Shown one piece after another: positions 8,760-19,106 of a stretch of DNA of 64,000 nucleotides (position 1 is the first letter of the stretch; each line of letters starts with the position of its first letter). Origin of the DNA: Candidatus Micrarchaeia archaeon (lineage in GTDB: Archaea > Micrarchaeota > Micrarchaeia > Anstonellales > Bilamarchaeaceae). Made by a program: the position numbers and the translations under genes. The DNA is taken from assembly GCA_041649555.1 (NCBI GenBank), contig JBAZMS010000001.1, positions 331,122-395,121 of the forward strand. Reading direction: 5' to 3'. The notes beneath the pieces are model-generated. The model was not told the DNA's origin, made no database searches, and saw nothing but the letters and a program-made list of their open reading frames with translations.

Positions 8760-10031
8760 ATGCTCGACAGAAAATTAATAAGGGAAAATCCAAAAATCAT
8801 AAAGGATAACCTAAAAAACAGGAATCAAAAAATTGATGTAGATGGATTTTTGCAAAAGGATTTACACTGGAGAGAATTGAAAAATGATCTCGATTCTTTA
8901 AGGGCAGAGAGAAATTCTCTTGGTTTAAAAATCTCTGAACTGAAAAAAAATAAAAAAGATGCCGAAAAAGAAATAACAACTTCATCTAAAATTTCCAAAA
9001 AAATAAAGGATATTGAAGAAGAAATAATTTCACTTGAAAAATGGCTCAAAGATTTTGAGTTAAACCTTCCAAACATAATCTCGGATACAACTCCAATTGG
9101 AAAAAATGAAAACCAAAATAATGAAATAGAAAAATGGGGAAAACCAGAAAAATCTTCAAAAGATGTAATTGCCCATGATGAGTTTGGAAAATTTCAGGAT
9201 ATTTTGGATTTTGACAGGGGCTCGAAACTTTCAGGCCATAGATTTACTGTTCTAAAAGGATGGGGAGCAAGGCTTGAGCGGGCAATAATCCAGTTTATGC
9301 TTGATTTGCAAACTTCTAATGGATACAGAGAAATACTCCCTCCTTTTTTGGTTAGAGGGGAAATCATGCAAGGAACAGGCCAGCTTCCAAAATTCTCTGA
9401 TGATTTATATCAAACAAATGATGATTTATGGCTAATTCCAACCGCAGAAGTTCCATTAACTAACCTTTACTCTGGTGAAATACTTGAAGAAAAAGATTTA
9501 CCAATGAAATTAACTGCATATACTCCATGCTTTAGAAGAGAGGCAGGCGCTTACGGAAAAGACATAAAAGGGTATATAAGACAGCATCAGTTTGATAAAG
9601 TTGAACTTGTTAAGTTCTCACATCCACTGGAAAGCTTTAAAGAGCTTGAACTTATGGTAAAGGATGCAGAAGAAGTATTAAAATTACTTGAAATACCCTA
9701 TAGGGTAATAGAATTATGCTCTGGGGATATTGGATTTTCCTCTGCAAAAACCTATGATTTGGAGGTTTGGATTCCATCACAAAATACATACAGGGAAGTA
9801 TCTTCATGCTCTAATTGCACAGATTTTCAGTCAAGAAGGGCAAATATAAGGTTTAGAAATAGGGAAGGAAAACTAGAGTTTGTCCATACCTTAAATGGTT
9901 CAGGTGTTGCAGTTCCAAGGCTGTTTGTTTCAATACTTGAAAATTATCAGGAGGACAAAATTTTTATTGTTCCAAAGGCCCTAAGAAAATATATGGGAAT
10001 TGAAGAGATCGCACTTTCAAAAAAAACTTAA
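8760..10031 (+). CDS. serS: Seryl-tRNA synthetase
   Basis: Class II SerRS motifs (FRRE..., coiled-coil N-terminal arm). Its ATG immediately follows the glyA stop. Confidence 0.9.
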   Translation: MLDRKLIRENPKIIKDNLKNRNQKIDVDGFLQKDLHWRELKNDLDSLRAERNSLGLKISELKKNKKDAEKEITTSSKISKKIKDIEEEIISLEKWLKDFELNLPNIISDTTPIGKNENQNNEIEKWGKPEKSSKDVIAHDEFGKFQDILDFDRGSKLSGHRFTVLKGWGARLERAIIQFMLDLQTSNGYREILPPFLVRGEIMQGTGQLPKFSDDLYQTNDDLWLIPTAEVPLTNLYSGEILEEKDLPMKLTAYTPCFRREAGAYGKDIKGYIRQHQFDKVELVKFSHPLESFKELELMVKDAEEVLKLLEIPYRVIELCSGDIGFSSAKTYDLEVWIPSQNTYREVSSCSNCTDFQSRRANIRFRNREGKLEFVHTLNGSGVAVPRLFVSILENYQEDKIFIVPKALRKYMGIEEIALSKKT

Positions 10032-10088
10032 AGACATTAAAATTTATTTATAATAACATTTAAATAATCTTTCAAACTAAATTTAATT

Positions 10089-10664
10089 ATGGGAATGAAG
10101 AGAAAAGGGGTTTTAAACGCTTCAATAGTGCTTGCAGCAACTGCATGCATTGTATTTTATGCAGGTGCAAAAAAGTTTGATAATACGCATTATATTCCCT
10201 TAGCAGAACCAATATCAAAAGATTTGGTTATAATGGGTACTGAAAATCCTTCTAAATTCGGCATGGAAAAAATAACCAATAAAGAAAAAGAAATAGTAAC
10301 CCTCTGGCTATGCTGGCCAAATGAGCCGTTTACAGACCATGAAGACTGTGAGCCGATAAGCGCAGTATATAAAGAAGGCCAATTGGCCGAAGTACTAGGA
10401 AGGGAACACTGGAGAATTTGGGACTGTAATACTGAAAATATGGAAAAGCCGGTTTCAGTTGTTATTACCAATCCAGCGCATACCCCCATCATACCCGGAT
10501 GCGTTACTAGAAAAGTTGATTTTGTTGGAATAATTACAAGATTTATCGGTAAAGCCTGGAGAGGAATAGGAGATATATTTAATGAGGCAAAACCTCTTGA
10601 ATTCCCGGAAAAAAGAGGGGTTCCAGAAGAAGACCATTATGCCCGCTCTGAACCATGGTTTTAA
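10089..10664 (+). CDS. Hypothetical secreted protein, possible class III signal peptide (MGMKRKG|VLNASIVLAATA)
   Basis: N-terminal signal/TM; no recognisable domain. Confidence 0.4.
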   Translation: MGMKRKGVLNASIVLAATACIVFYAGAKKFDNTHYIPLAEPISKDLVIMGTENPSKFGMEKITNKEKEIVTLWLCWPNEPFTDHEDCEPISAVYKEGQLAEVLGREHWRIWDCNTENMEKPVSVVITNPAHTPIIPGCVTRKVDFVGIITRFIGKAWRGIGDIFNEAKPLEFPEKRGVPEEDHYARSEPWF

Positions 10665-10670
10665 TTTCTT

Positions 10671-11840
10671 TTACATTGTTAATATTTTTAAAAGCCCGAA
10701 TTCAAAATTTGATAATCCTTCTGTTTTGTTATCACTTTCGTTGGCCTTTTCTATTTTTTTATACCTTTCTTTGGCATTTGCCCTTATTTGTGAGTCTAGC
10801 GCATGCTCACTGATAAATTTAATAGTTTCAGCATCATTAATAATTCCAAAAGCCCTTTGCGCTACCCCACCTCTACAATAAAGTGCAATAAATTCACATG
10901 TTGTCATATTAGTGATCTTTATCGAAAGATCTTTTTCTAGCATACCTTTCAGTTTTTCTGCAATAATCATTTTTTCATCCAAACTATATCTCCCTAATAT
11001 CATTTTAGATCCCATCTCCGCTAATATATGCAGATTTTTAATTTTTCCAAGCATCTCTTTTCTTTTTTCTGTTCCCTTTCTTAGGTTTTCTACTATCAGT
11101 AAAAGGTAGTATTCATTTTTTTCAAAACTTTCTGGAAAATCTGCAAGATATTCTGCAGCATTTCTTCTATATTTTGGATCTTCCGAATAATAAGTTAAAA
11201 TAAATTGACATACTCCAATCTTTAGCCTATCCCAAGAATCTTCTGCAAATTCCTCCATACTAAGGTTGCCATTTTTTATTCGCAGTCCAAGTTCATCTGC
11301 AATAAAAGGATTAGCAGGAATAGTAATCATTTGTGTGCCTTCCACTTGTCTAATAGCAAATAAAATCAGGGCAGAATCAGGTATAAATTTTACTGCACTT
11401 TTTTTACTTTTTTCACTAATATCTGAATTAAGCAGATTCAAAAGTCCGCGTTCTATCTTTTCTTTAACAGATCTGTTTTCCTGCTGTACTGCATTATTAT
11501 GCACTTTTTTTAATTTTTTAAAAGCCCATCTCTCTAAGTTACTGCAAACCATTGCAACCTTTAGAAGTTCATCTGGATCATTTAAATATTTTTTACAAAG
11601 TTTAACTGTGTTTTCATCTAGCACTCCTTCTGGCGCGTTTATTAAAATATACGACAATGCTTTTTGGTTTGGTGAGATTTTTTCAATAATCTTTTTTTTC
11701 TCTTCCATATCTGAATTCATAAATCCTTTTACTATTTCAGCTGGAGTTAAACGCAAATCCTGTCCACCTGTTCTATCCTTAAAAATACCAGAAGATTTAA
11801 CTTTTGGTCTGAGTTTCACGTTATATCTTGTAGAAGTCAT
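10671..11840 (-). CDS. Hypothetical protein (389 aa), co-directional with the downstream DUF4143 ATPase
   Basis: Long ORF with coding-like composition; no recognisable motif. Confidence 0.4.
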   Translation of the reverse strand: MTSTRYNVKLRPKVKSSGIFKDRTGGQDLRLTPAEIVKGFMNSDMEEKKKIIEKISPNQKALSYILINAPEGVLDENTVKLCKKYLNDPDELLKVAMVCSNLERWAFKKLKKVHNNAVQQENRSVKEKIERGLLNLLNSDISEKSKKSAVKFIPDSALILFAIRQVEGTQMITIPANPFIADELGLRIKNGNLSMEEFAEDSWDRLKIGVCQFILTYYSEDPKYRRNAAEYLADFPESFEKNEYYLLLIVENLRKGTEKRKEMLGKIKNLHILAEMGSKMILGRYSLDEKMIIAEKLKGMLEKDLSIKITNMTTCEFIALYCRGGVAQRAFGIINDAETIKFISEHALDSQIRANAKERYKKIEKANESDNKTEGLSNFEFGLLKILTM

Positions 11841-11915
11841 ATAAATACACTATATAATACTATTTCGTATCGTTTTAAAACCTATCGAAAAAAGGTTTAG
11901 ATCTGTTATACAGCA

Positions 11916-13187
11916 CTACAATTTTACTTCTTCAAATAGTTTATATGGCAGTATGGGTTTGATTTTTTCCCGTTTCTTTTGAATTCCTAAATTAATAATG
12001 TATGAAGTAAAGCTAGCATATACCGATAGGAATATTTTTAAACTATGAAAATCTTCAGATTTTAATTTTGTTTTAAATTTTATTTCTATTGCCTGCTTTT
12101 CATTTTCTAGTATAAAATCTACTTCATTTCCATTTTTATCCTGCCAAAATTTTATCTTGCATTTATTATTTTTTAATAGTTCCCCAAGAACAAAGGCCTC
12201 TAATAAAAACCCAGCATCACTCCTAATAAATGTTTTATTAAAATTATTTACAAAATAATTTCTTACTCCATTATCAATAAAATAAATTTTTGGTATTTTC
12301 ACAAGCTCTTTATTCTTATTTATATAAAACGGTTTTAATTCATATACAAGATATGTTTCAAATAAAAGTTCAAGCAGTTCTTTTGTTTCAAAATAATTTA
12401 ATGAGCACGAAGTTCCAATAGTTTCATATTTTATTTTTTGACCATGATTTATAGCTAGAAATTCAACTAATTTTTTTGTTTTGAGCACTTTTTCAATACT
12501 AACATAATTTCTTATGTCTTTTTTTAAGTATAAATCAAAAATACTTTTCAAAACTTCTTTTTTCTCATCATTTTTTATTTTCAATGCAACTTCAGGATAC
12601 CCACCATATATAATAAATTCTTCAAGAAATTCTCTTAAAACTTTTGTGGATTTTTCAAGCCCTGCCCCATCCAATTTTTTAGAATTTTTAAGCATTTCAA
12701 TTGCCATGTTTTCTTTTTTAAATAATAAAAATTCTTCAAAATCAAGCGGGTATATCTCGTTTATAATTTTTCTTCCTGCCAAGGATTCTCCTGCCTGTTT
12801 TTTAATCTCAACTGATGACGAACCCGAAGCAAATATTTTAACATTTTCAATATTATCATATACATTTTTTATTATATTTGTAAGATCCGCGTATTTGTGG
12901 AATTCGTCCAAAAAAAGATAGAATAATTTTTTCTCATTCTTATCATATCCGTGCAATGTAATCGTATTTTTTAAATTTTCAAAACTGCTTACAGATTCAA
13001 AATTAGATAACACATCCAAATCCAAAAAAAGACATCTATTTTTTTTTGAAAGTACTCTGCAAAGTTCTTTTAAAAGGGTTGTTTTTCCTGTTTGTCTTGG
13101 GCCTAGAAGAATTGAAATTTTCCTATTTTTACTTTGTTCCAGCAAATTTGTGAAAATCTTCCTAGCTATATACTCCAAAATTAACAA
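11916..13187 (-). CDS. AAA+ ATPase (COG1373-like) with C-terminal DUF4143/PD-(D/E)xK-like domain
   Basis: Walker A GPRQTGKTT, Walker B LFLDEF. C-terminal NEVDFIL...IEIKFK is restriction-endonuclease-like. Paralog of 45608-46840 and 62957-64000. Confidence 0.75.
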   Translation of the reverse strand: MLILEYIARKIFTNLLEQSKNRKISILLGPRQTGKTTLLKELCRVLSKKNRCLFLDLDVLSNFESVSSFENLKNTITLHGYDKNEKKLFYLFLDEFHKYADLTNIIKNVYDNIENVKIFASGSSSVEIKKQAGESLAGRKIINEIYPLDFEEFLLFKKENMAIEMLKNSKKLDGAGLEKSTKVLREFLEEFIIYGGYPEVALKIKNDEKKEVLKSIFDLYLKKDIRNYVSIEKVLKTKKLVEFLAINHGQKIKYETIGTSCSLNYFETKELLELLFETYLVYELKPFYINKNKELVKIPKIYFIDNGVRNYFVNNFNKTFIRSDAGFLLEAFVLGELLKNNKCKIKFWQDKNGNEVDFILENEKQAIEIKFKTKLKSEDFHSLKIFLSVYASFTSYIINLGIQKKREKIKPILPYKLFEEVKL

Positions 13188-13254
13188 CCTCTAAATTTTA
13201 GCTACACTAAAATTTAATATAATTAATAAATAGAATAATTTAAAAATAGGCTGT

Positions 13255-13803
13255 TTACACAGCACTACAAAATTCTTCTATTGCCTCTTCTGCCATTCCA
13301 TTTCTGTTAATTATTATTTTTGCAGGAGCCCCTGATATTGCAGAATAGCTTGCAAGAAGCATTTTATTATACATATCATGCTCTTTTATCTCGTGCAGGT
13401 CAACTTTTCTAACCCGTGTTGAATCGCTTTCCCTTCTTGTTGCAATCTCTTCTATTTCTCCAGTTATCAATACCAAAAGATCAACCTTTAATTCTTTCAA
13501 TAAAGAATATGGAAGCCCCGGGAGATAGAATTTTTTATGGGGGTTTAACACAGAGCAGTGAGTATCTAAAACTACCTTTCCAACTTCTGTTGCAAGCTTT
13601 TCTCCGACTATTTTTTGTATGCCTTTTTGCTCTTCTGCGCTTAGTATCCTTATCTGGTCCCGGTTTTCAATCTTATATTTTTCTTTTGCAATTTCAAACA
13701 TTAATGTCCCATAATTTAATAATTTATATTCTGGATTTTTTTTTGCAAATCCTTCAAGAACTGTTGTTTTTCCTGCGCCAGGAAGACCCATTACAATTAT
13801 CAT
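13255..13803 (-). CDS. adkA: Adenylate kinase, archaeal type
   Basis: P-loop GLPGAGKTT at the N-terminus, ~180 aa, terminal gene of the r-protein/secY operon. Confidence 0.8.
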   Translation of the reverse strand: MIIVMGLPGAGKTTVLEGFAKKNPEYKLLNYGTLMFEIAKEKYKIENRDQIRILSAEEQKGIQKIVGEKLATEVGKVVLDTHCSVLNPHKKFYLPGLPYSLLKELKVDLLVLITGEIEEIATRRESDSTRVRKVDLHEIKEHDMYNKMLLASYSAISGAPAKIIINRNGMAEEAIEEFCSAV

Positions 13804-13871
13804 AAAATTTCACCAATAAGCTTCATTTAATCAGATAAACTTAAAAAATCTCTTTTTAATCATAAAAGATT

Positions 13872-14411
13872 ATGAAAAAAATCATTTTTATAATTCCCCC
13901 ACAAAATTTCCGGGATGAAGAATTATTCCATACGAAAGAAGTTTTAGAATCCTGTACAATCGAAACAAAAATTGCAAGCACAAAAAAAGGAGAATGTATT
14001 GGTTCAAGAGGAGGGATTGCAGTTTCAACTTATCTTTTAGAGGAAATAAATTCAAAAGATTTTGACGGAATTATTTTTATAGGTGGAATGGGAACTCCGG
14101 TCATAAGATCAAATAATCTTGCATTGGCTCTTGCAAAACATTTTAATGATGAAGACAAACTGGTCTGTGCAATATGCTGGGCATCAACTATTCTTGCAAA
14201 AGCAGGGGTTTTAAAAGATAAAAAAGCAACAGTCTGGCTTGGAGATGACCCGGAGTACAATACAACCACAGATAAGGTTTTGGAGAGATATGGCGGGATT
14301 TATAGCCCTGATAGGGTAGTTGCTGATAAAAATATAATTACTGCGCAAGGGCCCATACAGGCAAGAGAATTTGGAAAAAAAATTGCAGAAAAAATAATTT
14401 TATCCCATTAA
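13872..14411 (+). CDS. DJ-1/PfpI family protein
   Basis: Conserved nucleophile-elbow region AICWASTIL and overall ThiJ/PfpI similarity. Confidence 0.8.
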   Translation: MKKIIFIIPPQNFRDEELFHTKEVLESCTIETKIASTKKGECIGSRGGIAVSTYLLEEINSKDFDGIIFIGGMGTPVIRSNNLALALAKHFNDEDKLVCAICWASTILAKAGVLKDKKATVWLGDDPEYNTTTDKVLERYGGIYSPDRVVADKNIITAQGPIQAREFGKKIAEKIILSH

Positions 14412-15806
14412 TTTTCCAATACTTGGATACATTTCAAATGCTTTCATCTGCTTTAATTGTTCGTACATTCTTGCAAGTATTCCAACTGTAAGTAAAATAC
14501 CTGTTCCTGTACCAAGCGCTCCGGTTAAATCCGCAATTCCGGCAAGCAGTCCAACTAAAAATGAACCAAGAACAGTTAAAGGAAAGATATGCCTTTCAAG
14601 AACAGTTTCAATCAATCTTGGGTCTCTTCTATAGCCTGGAACCTGAATATTTGAAGAATTGAGCTGGTTTGCAACACTTTTTGCATCAAGACCTGATGTT
14701 TCTGCCCAAAATATTCCAAACACAATGGATACAAGAGACAAGAATAATATATAAGTTATAGCATGGACCCATTCAGGTATTCCAAGATACGGAGTCACAT
14801 TATTCACCATTATACTGAAATTGGTGAAAGTCCCCTGATACCAAATAGGCCGTATAAGCCATACAGCTTCCTGAATATAGGGTAAAATAAAACTTATATC
14901 TATCTGTGTAAACGGGATGGTTACAGGATTTTTTGCAACATCATCTAAAAACATTCCGACTGCGCCCATATTCATTAAAAGCGCGCTTGCAAAAATAACC
15001 GGAATATTTGAAACATAAAATAATTTTAAAGGAAGTTTTGGGGTTATACCTCTTATTCTTTCGTGCGCAATCTGTATTTCCACTTTTACGCTTTCAGCAT
15101 ATGCAACCCCAAAAAATATAATTATTGTAAATATAAAAGGAAGGAATGCTAAAAGTGCCAATGGAATTCCTTCAGCGCCACCTTCCGTCAATGCAGAAAC
15201 AACCCCGTTATTTCCAAAAATTATTGTTCCGACAAGGCCTCCGATTATTGCAAAAGAAACTCCTGCTGCAATGAATATACTTATTCCGCTTCCGATTCCA
15301 TATTTTGAAATTATCTCATCTAGATATAAAAGCGCAACAGAACCAAATGTTATCTGCAGTATTACCAAAATTGGAAGAATCATCCCCCAGGCATCAGAAA
15401 TACGAAGGCCGCCAACTCCGAACTGCACAAACATCGCAGCCTCAATTAGAGCAATAACTATTGCAAGTGTTTTTTGTGCTTCGTGAAATTTTTGCTTGTC
15501 GCTTGGATTTTTCAAATCAAGATTTATTATCTTGGCTCCGACAAAAAGCTGCAGAAATATACTCGCCATAACAATAGGCCCGATACCAGTTGTAAGAAGG
15601 GTTCCTATTCTTGATGCAGTAATCATCTGCAAAAAATCAAATGAAGCAACATGTTCTGTACCAAAAAGAGGTATATTATACATTGCAAAAAATATTATGA
15701 GTGCTGCAAAGGTCCACATCATTTTTTCTTTTAATGGTGGCGGACTTGTTGCCACAGCAATTCCCGGCAGTTTTTTTGAAATCGCCGCCAGAATATCAAT
15801 AATCAT
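14400..15806 (-). CDS. secY: Preprotein translocase subunit SecY
   Basis: 10-TM protein with strong SecY similarity, in the conserved position after L15. Confidence 0.9.
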   Translation of the reverse strand: MIIDILAAISKKLPGIAVATSPPPLKEKMMWTFAALIIFFAMYNIPLFGTEHVASFDFLQMITASRIGTLLTTGIGPIVMASIFLQLFVGAKIINLDLKNPSDKQKFHEAQKTLAIVIALIEAAMFVQFGVGGLRISDAWGMILPILVILQITFGSVALLYLDEIISKYGIGSGISIFIAAGVSFAIIGGLVGTIIFGNNGVVSALTEGGAEGIPLALLAFLPFIFTIIIFFGVAYAESVKVEIQIAHERIRGITPKLPLKLFYVSNIPVIFASALLMNMGAVGMFLDDVAKNPVTIPFTQIDISFILPYIQEAVWLIRPIWYQGTFTNFSIMVNNVTPYLGIPEWVHAITYILFLSLVSIVFGIFWAETSGLDAKSVANQLNSSNIQVPGYRRDPRLIETVLERHIFPLTVLGSFLVGLLAGIADLTGALGTGTGILLTVGILARMYEQLKQMKAFEMYPSIGKLMG

Positions 15807-15820
15807 ATAAAATCCTCAAT

Positions 15821-16240
15821 CTAATTTTTAATAGAGGTTATTTCACCAGATAGGTTTTTAACTTTTTCCTGTGCTTTTTTGCTCCAAGATCCTGCCTTTA
15901 TTTCTATTGGATAGTTTATGAATCCAGAACCTAAAATTTTCCCTGAAAACTCATAATAATATTTTTCCCCTTTTTTCTTAATTTCCCCGGTTATTATCTT
16001 TCGCTCTATTTCATATAAATTTATTGCAGGCCCGATTTTTTTGGTTCTTGAAAATCCGTGCCTTCCAAAATAATCAGGAGCATACTTTGTAACCCAGCTT
16101 TTCTTTTGTTTTTTTCTACCGGATTTTCCGCATCCTCCTCTTCCACCGCTTCCGCTCCTGTTTTTAACATTTCCTTTTCCCTGGCTTCGTGTCCCTCTGA
16201 ATTTTCCAGTTTTTTTCCTGTCCCGAACCATAAATATCAC
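15821..16240 (-). CDS. rpl15: 50S ribosomal protein L15 (uL15)
   Basis: Gly/Arg-rich N-terminus GTRSQGKG...GGRGG typical of uL15. Confidence 0.85.
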   Translation of the reverse strand: MIFMVRDRKKTGKFRGTRSQGKGNVKNRSGSGGRGGCGKSGRKKQKKSWVTKYAPDYFGRHGFSRTKKIGPAINLYEIERKIITGEIKKKGEKYYYEFSGKILGSGFINYPIEIKAGSWSKKAQEKVKNLSGEITSIKN

Positions 16241-16671
16241 ATCATTCTTTTTACAAGCATTTCAATGTCTGCCCGCTTTCCAAGGTCTCCAAAGGGATAT
16301 GCTTTTTTTATGTTTTTATATCCTTTTCGCGGAGGGTGCAATCTGAAAACAGGATCGATATATTTTTTTACAGGTTCACCAGAGTAAATCGCCTTTGCAA
16401 TTTTTTCTGCCTCCGTTTGCGAATAAATTTCCTTTGCCCGTTTTCCTCCTTTTTCTCCCCGTTTTAATATAAGCTTTTTTATTAAATCTTCTGAAACTTC
16501 CCCGTATGCGACATAGCTTTGAATGACATTAATCATTCCCATTACTTTTGGATCATTTTTCATTATCACGCACTGGTTTGGTTTTGCCAGCATCAAAAGT
16601 TCGAATGTTTTCTTTATTTTTGGCTTGAGATTTCGTATGCCCCTAATTCTTACAATTGCAATATTATTCAT
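16237..16671 (-). CDS. rpl30: 50S ribosomal protein L30 (uL30)
   Basis: MNNIAIVRIRG... typical uL30 start; 4-nt overlaps with neighbours. Confidence 0.85.
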   Translation of the reverse strand: MNNIAIVRIRGIRNLKPKIKKTFELLMLAKPNQCVIMKNDPKVMGMINVIQSYVAYGEVSEDLIKKLILKRGEKGGKRAKEIYSQTEAEKIAKAIYSGEPVKKYIDPVFRLHPPRKGYKNIKKAYPFGDLGKRADIEMLVKRMM

Positions 16672-17291
16672 ATTTCTTCACCTTGTTTTTTAGGTTTTAA
16701 TCTGTTTAAATTGTTTAATGCTTTCATAGTGGCACTTGCAGTATTATATATATTTGCAGTGTTTCCCTGAGTTTTGCTCCACACATCCTTTACTCCTGCC
16801 ATTTGCAGAACCTTTTTAATTACCTCATTTGCTGCAAGGCCAACCCCTTTTGGAGCAGGGTAGAGCGTAATTTTTGTGCTTCCCTCTTTTCCAGTAGTTC
16901 TTTGGAATACCGAGTGTTTTTCTTTGCACCTGCATTCCCAGCTTCCACATCCATGTTCAATTATTATAAGGTTTTTTTTAGCATCCCGTATTGCATATTC
17001 TATTGCTGGTTTTACTTCTTCTGATTTTCCAGCTCCTATTCCAACGCGCCCCTTTCCGTCTCCAACAACAACAATTGCCCGAAATTTTATCTTTCTTCCA
17101 GAATCTGTTACCCGCTGTGTGCTTGAAATTGAAAGTGTTTCTGATTTTAAATCAGGAATTAACAGATCCACAACTTCTGGTTCAATTATCGGTTTTCCTG
17201 ATTTTAAAAGCTCATCAATATCTGTAATCTCTTTTGCATTTGCCCTTTTTCCTATTTTTGTTTTCGGTTGCCAGTTAGAAAGATCATCCAT
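16668..17291 (-). CDS. rps5: 30S ribosomal protein S5 (uS5)
   Basis: Sequence similarity (AIVVVGDGKGRVGIGAGK). Confidence 0.9.
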   Translation of the reverse strand: MDDLSNWQPKTKIGKRANAKEITDIDELLKSGKPIIEPEVVDLLIPDLKSETLSISSTQRVTDSGRKIKFRAIVVVGDGKGRVGIGAGKSEEVKPAIEYAIRDAKKNLIIIEHGCGSWECRCKEKHSVFQRTTGKEGSTKITLYPAPKGVGLAANEVIKKVLQMAGVKDVWSKTQGNTANIYNTASATMKALNNLNRLKPKKQGEEI

Positions 17292-17302
17292 TTAACCACA
17301 TC

Positions 17303-17800
17303 TTATTTTCCAAGAATACTTTTTTTAACTTCTTCAAATTTTTTCCCGTATTTTTCTGGAATATTTTTCATTTTTTCTTTTGGAAGAACGCTCTGGTCAA
17401 AATTGGTGTTTAAGCCCCCATCGATTGCACCAAGAACAGCTCCAAAAAGAACCCCGTTTTTCTTTGCTTTTGCAAGACCAAGATCAACAACAAAATCATT
17501 TATTTTTTTTTCCTTTGCAAATTTTGATGCCATCAGTCCTGCCAAATAGGAAGTATATACATTTCTTTTTGACGGCCATCCATATTTCTTTTCAAGAGTA
17601 TTGCCGTTTATTATAAGCAATGTTTTATCTCCCTGTTTATCATAGTTTACAAACTGCACTATTACAGACCTGTTGGTTTTTCTAATAACCATTCTTGTTT
17701 TATTGCTTTTTACAAGTGCAAGTCTTTTCTGATAATTTGTTTTTCCCTCTCTTCTTCTCCTGAAAGGAACATTATATGTTGGTGTTTTTGCTCTTCCCAT
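17303..17800 (-). CDS. rpl18: 50S ribosomal protein L18 (uL18)
   Basis: Sequence similarity. Confidence 0.9.
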   Translation of the reverse strand: MGRAKTPTYNVPFRRRREGKTNYQKRLALVKSNKTRMVIRKTNRSVIVQFVNYDKQGDKTLLIINGNTLEKKYGWPSKRNVYTSYLAGLMASKFAKEKKINDFVVDLGLAKAKKNGVLFGAVLGAIDGGLNTNFDQSVLPKEKMKNIPEKYGKKFEEVKKSILGK

Positions 17801-17804
17801 ATTA

Positions 17805-18254
17805 TCACTCTTTTAACAGTAATTTATTATCCTTTAAATAGACAAAAATTGCCTGTTTATTTCTAAATGATCCTCCCTTTATTTTAAGATAAATCATTCT
17901 CTTGTTTTTAGGCTCAATCTTTTTTTGCATAACCAGTTCCCGCAGATATTTTCGCTGTGCCCTTACCTTTTCCATCCATCTCTCTTTTTCACTTACTATT
18001 GAATATTTTTTCCCTCTTCTAGTCCCTCTGCTTTTTGATTTTCTTTTTTCCTTTTTCAATCTTCCTTTTTTTGGAATGCAATAAACAATTTTATCTTTTA
18101 TCAAATCCCGCACATTTAATCTTGTTATCGCCTCTTCAAGCTGTTTTTTCTGGTTTTCATCAAGAGAGGTTTTTATTCTAACCCTGTTTACGCCTGCCTT
18201 TAGTATATCTGCAGCAAGCCGCTTTACTGTTTGTATGCTGACCATAATAATCAC
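17805..18254 (-). CDS. rpl19e: 50S ribosomal protein L19e (eL19)
   Basis: Sequence similarity. Confidence 0.85.
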   Translation of the reverse strand: MIIMVSIQTVKRLAADILKAGVNRVRIKTSLDENQKKQLEEAITRLNVRDLIKDKIVYCIPKKGRLKKEKRKSKSRGTRRGKKYSIVSEKERWMEKVRAQRKYLRELVMQKKIEPKNKRMIYLKIKGGSFRNKQAIFVYLKDNKLLLKE

Positions 18255-18255
18255 A

Positions 18256-18597
18256 TCAATTCAATACCGTTATTTTCAACTCCTGTGCTTTTTTTCTTAT
18301 TATCTCTTTATTTTTTTTGCTGACCTTTCCAGAAATTCTTATTGCAAATTTCTCGGTTTTGTTTTCTGAAATTTTTAAAACATCAGTTATATTGCACACT
18401 AGTTTTTCCTTAAGGCCCAATGGATGAACTCCGCGCTGGGATTTTGCATTTCCATATCCAACCTTAGGGCATGCACCAAAATCTTTTCTTCGTATTCTCT
18501 TTTTATTATCTATCCCTCGTGGTTTTCTCCATCTTTTTTTGATTCTTCCTTTATTGCTGTTTAGAACATTAAATTTTGGTTTTTTCTTTTTTTTCAT
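18256..18597 (-). CDS. rpl32e: 50S ribosomal protein L32e (eL32)
   Basis: Sequence similarity. Confidence 0.85.
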   Translation of the reverse strand: MKKKKKPKFNVLNSNKGRIKKRWRKPRGIDNKKRIRRKDFGACPKVGYGNAKSQRGVHPLGLKEKLVCNITDVLKISENKTEKFAIRISGKVSKKNKEIIRKKAQELKITVLN

Positions 18598-19106
18598 GCC
18601 TGTTCACCTATTATGTAAATACCATCCTGAAATATTCTCAAATCCCTATTTTTTATTTTTGTGGCAATTCTTATATTTGCTGCAGTTTGTCCAACTTCTT
18701 CTTTATTCAGGCCAGTTATTAAAACTTCTGCGCCTTTTACCAAAACCTTGCATTTTCCATTTATCTTTGCCTTTCTTGGAGATTTTTCCCCCAAAAAATT
18801 TTTTACTAATATTATGCTGCCTTTGACCTCTACTGTTATCGGGAAATGGGAATATACTATTTTCATTTTTTTGGAGAATTCATTATTTACCCCATGAATC
18901 ATATTTTCTATGTGCCCTCTTACTGTATTTAGCATTTCCTTTTGTTTTGCCGAGACCTTTATTTTTTTTCCTTCCAGAAACACTAAAACCTTGGGTCCGA
19001 AATCTCTTTTTAGTTCTCCCTTTGGACCCTTTATGGTTATAATAGAACCAGTTGCCTGAATTGCTGCATTTTCCTTTGGTTCAAATTCCATAATATTAGT
19101 ATACAT
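18594..19106 (-). CDS. rpl6: 50S ribosomal protein L6 (uL6)
   Basis: Sequence similarity. Confidence 0.9.
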   Translation of the reverse strand: MYTNIMEFEPKENAAIQATGSIITIKGPKGELKRDFGPKVLVFLEGKKIKVSAKQKEMLNTVRGHIENMIHGVNNEFSKKMKIVYSHFPITVEVKGSIILVKNFLGEKSPRKAKINGKCKVLVKGAEVLITGLNKEEVGQTAANIRIATKIKNRDLRIFQDGIYIIGEQA

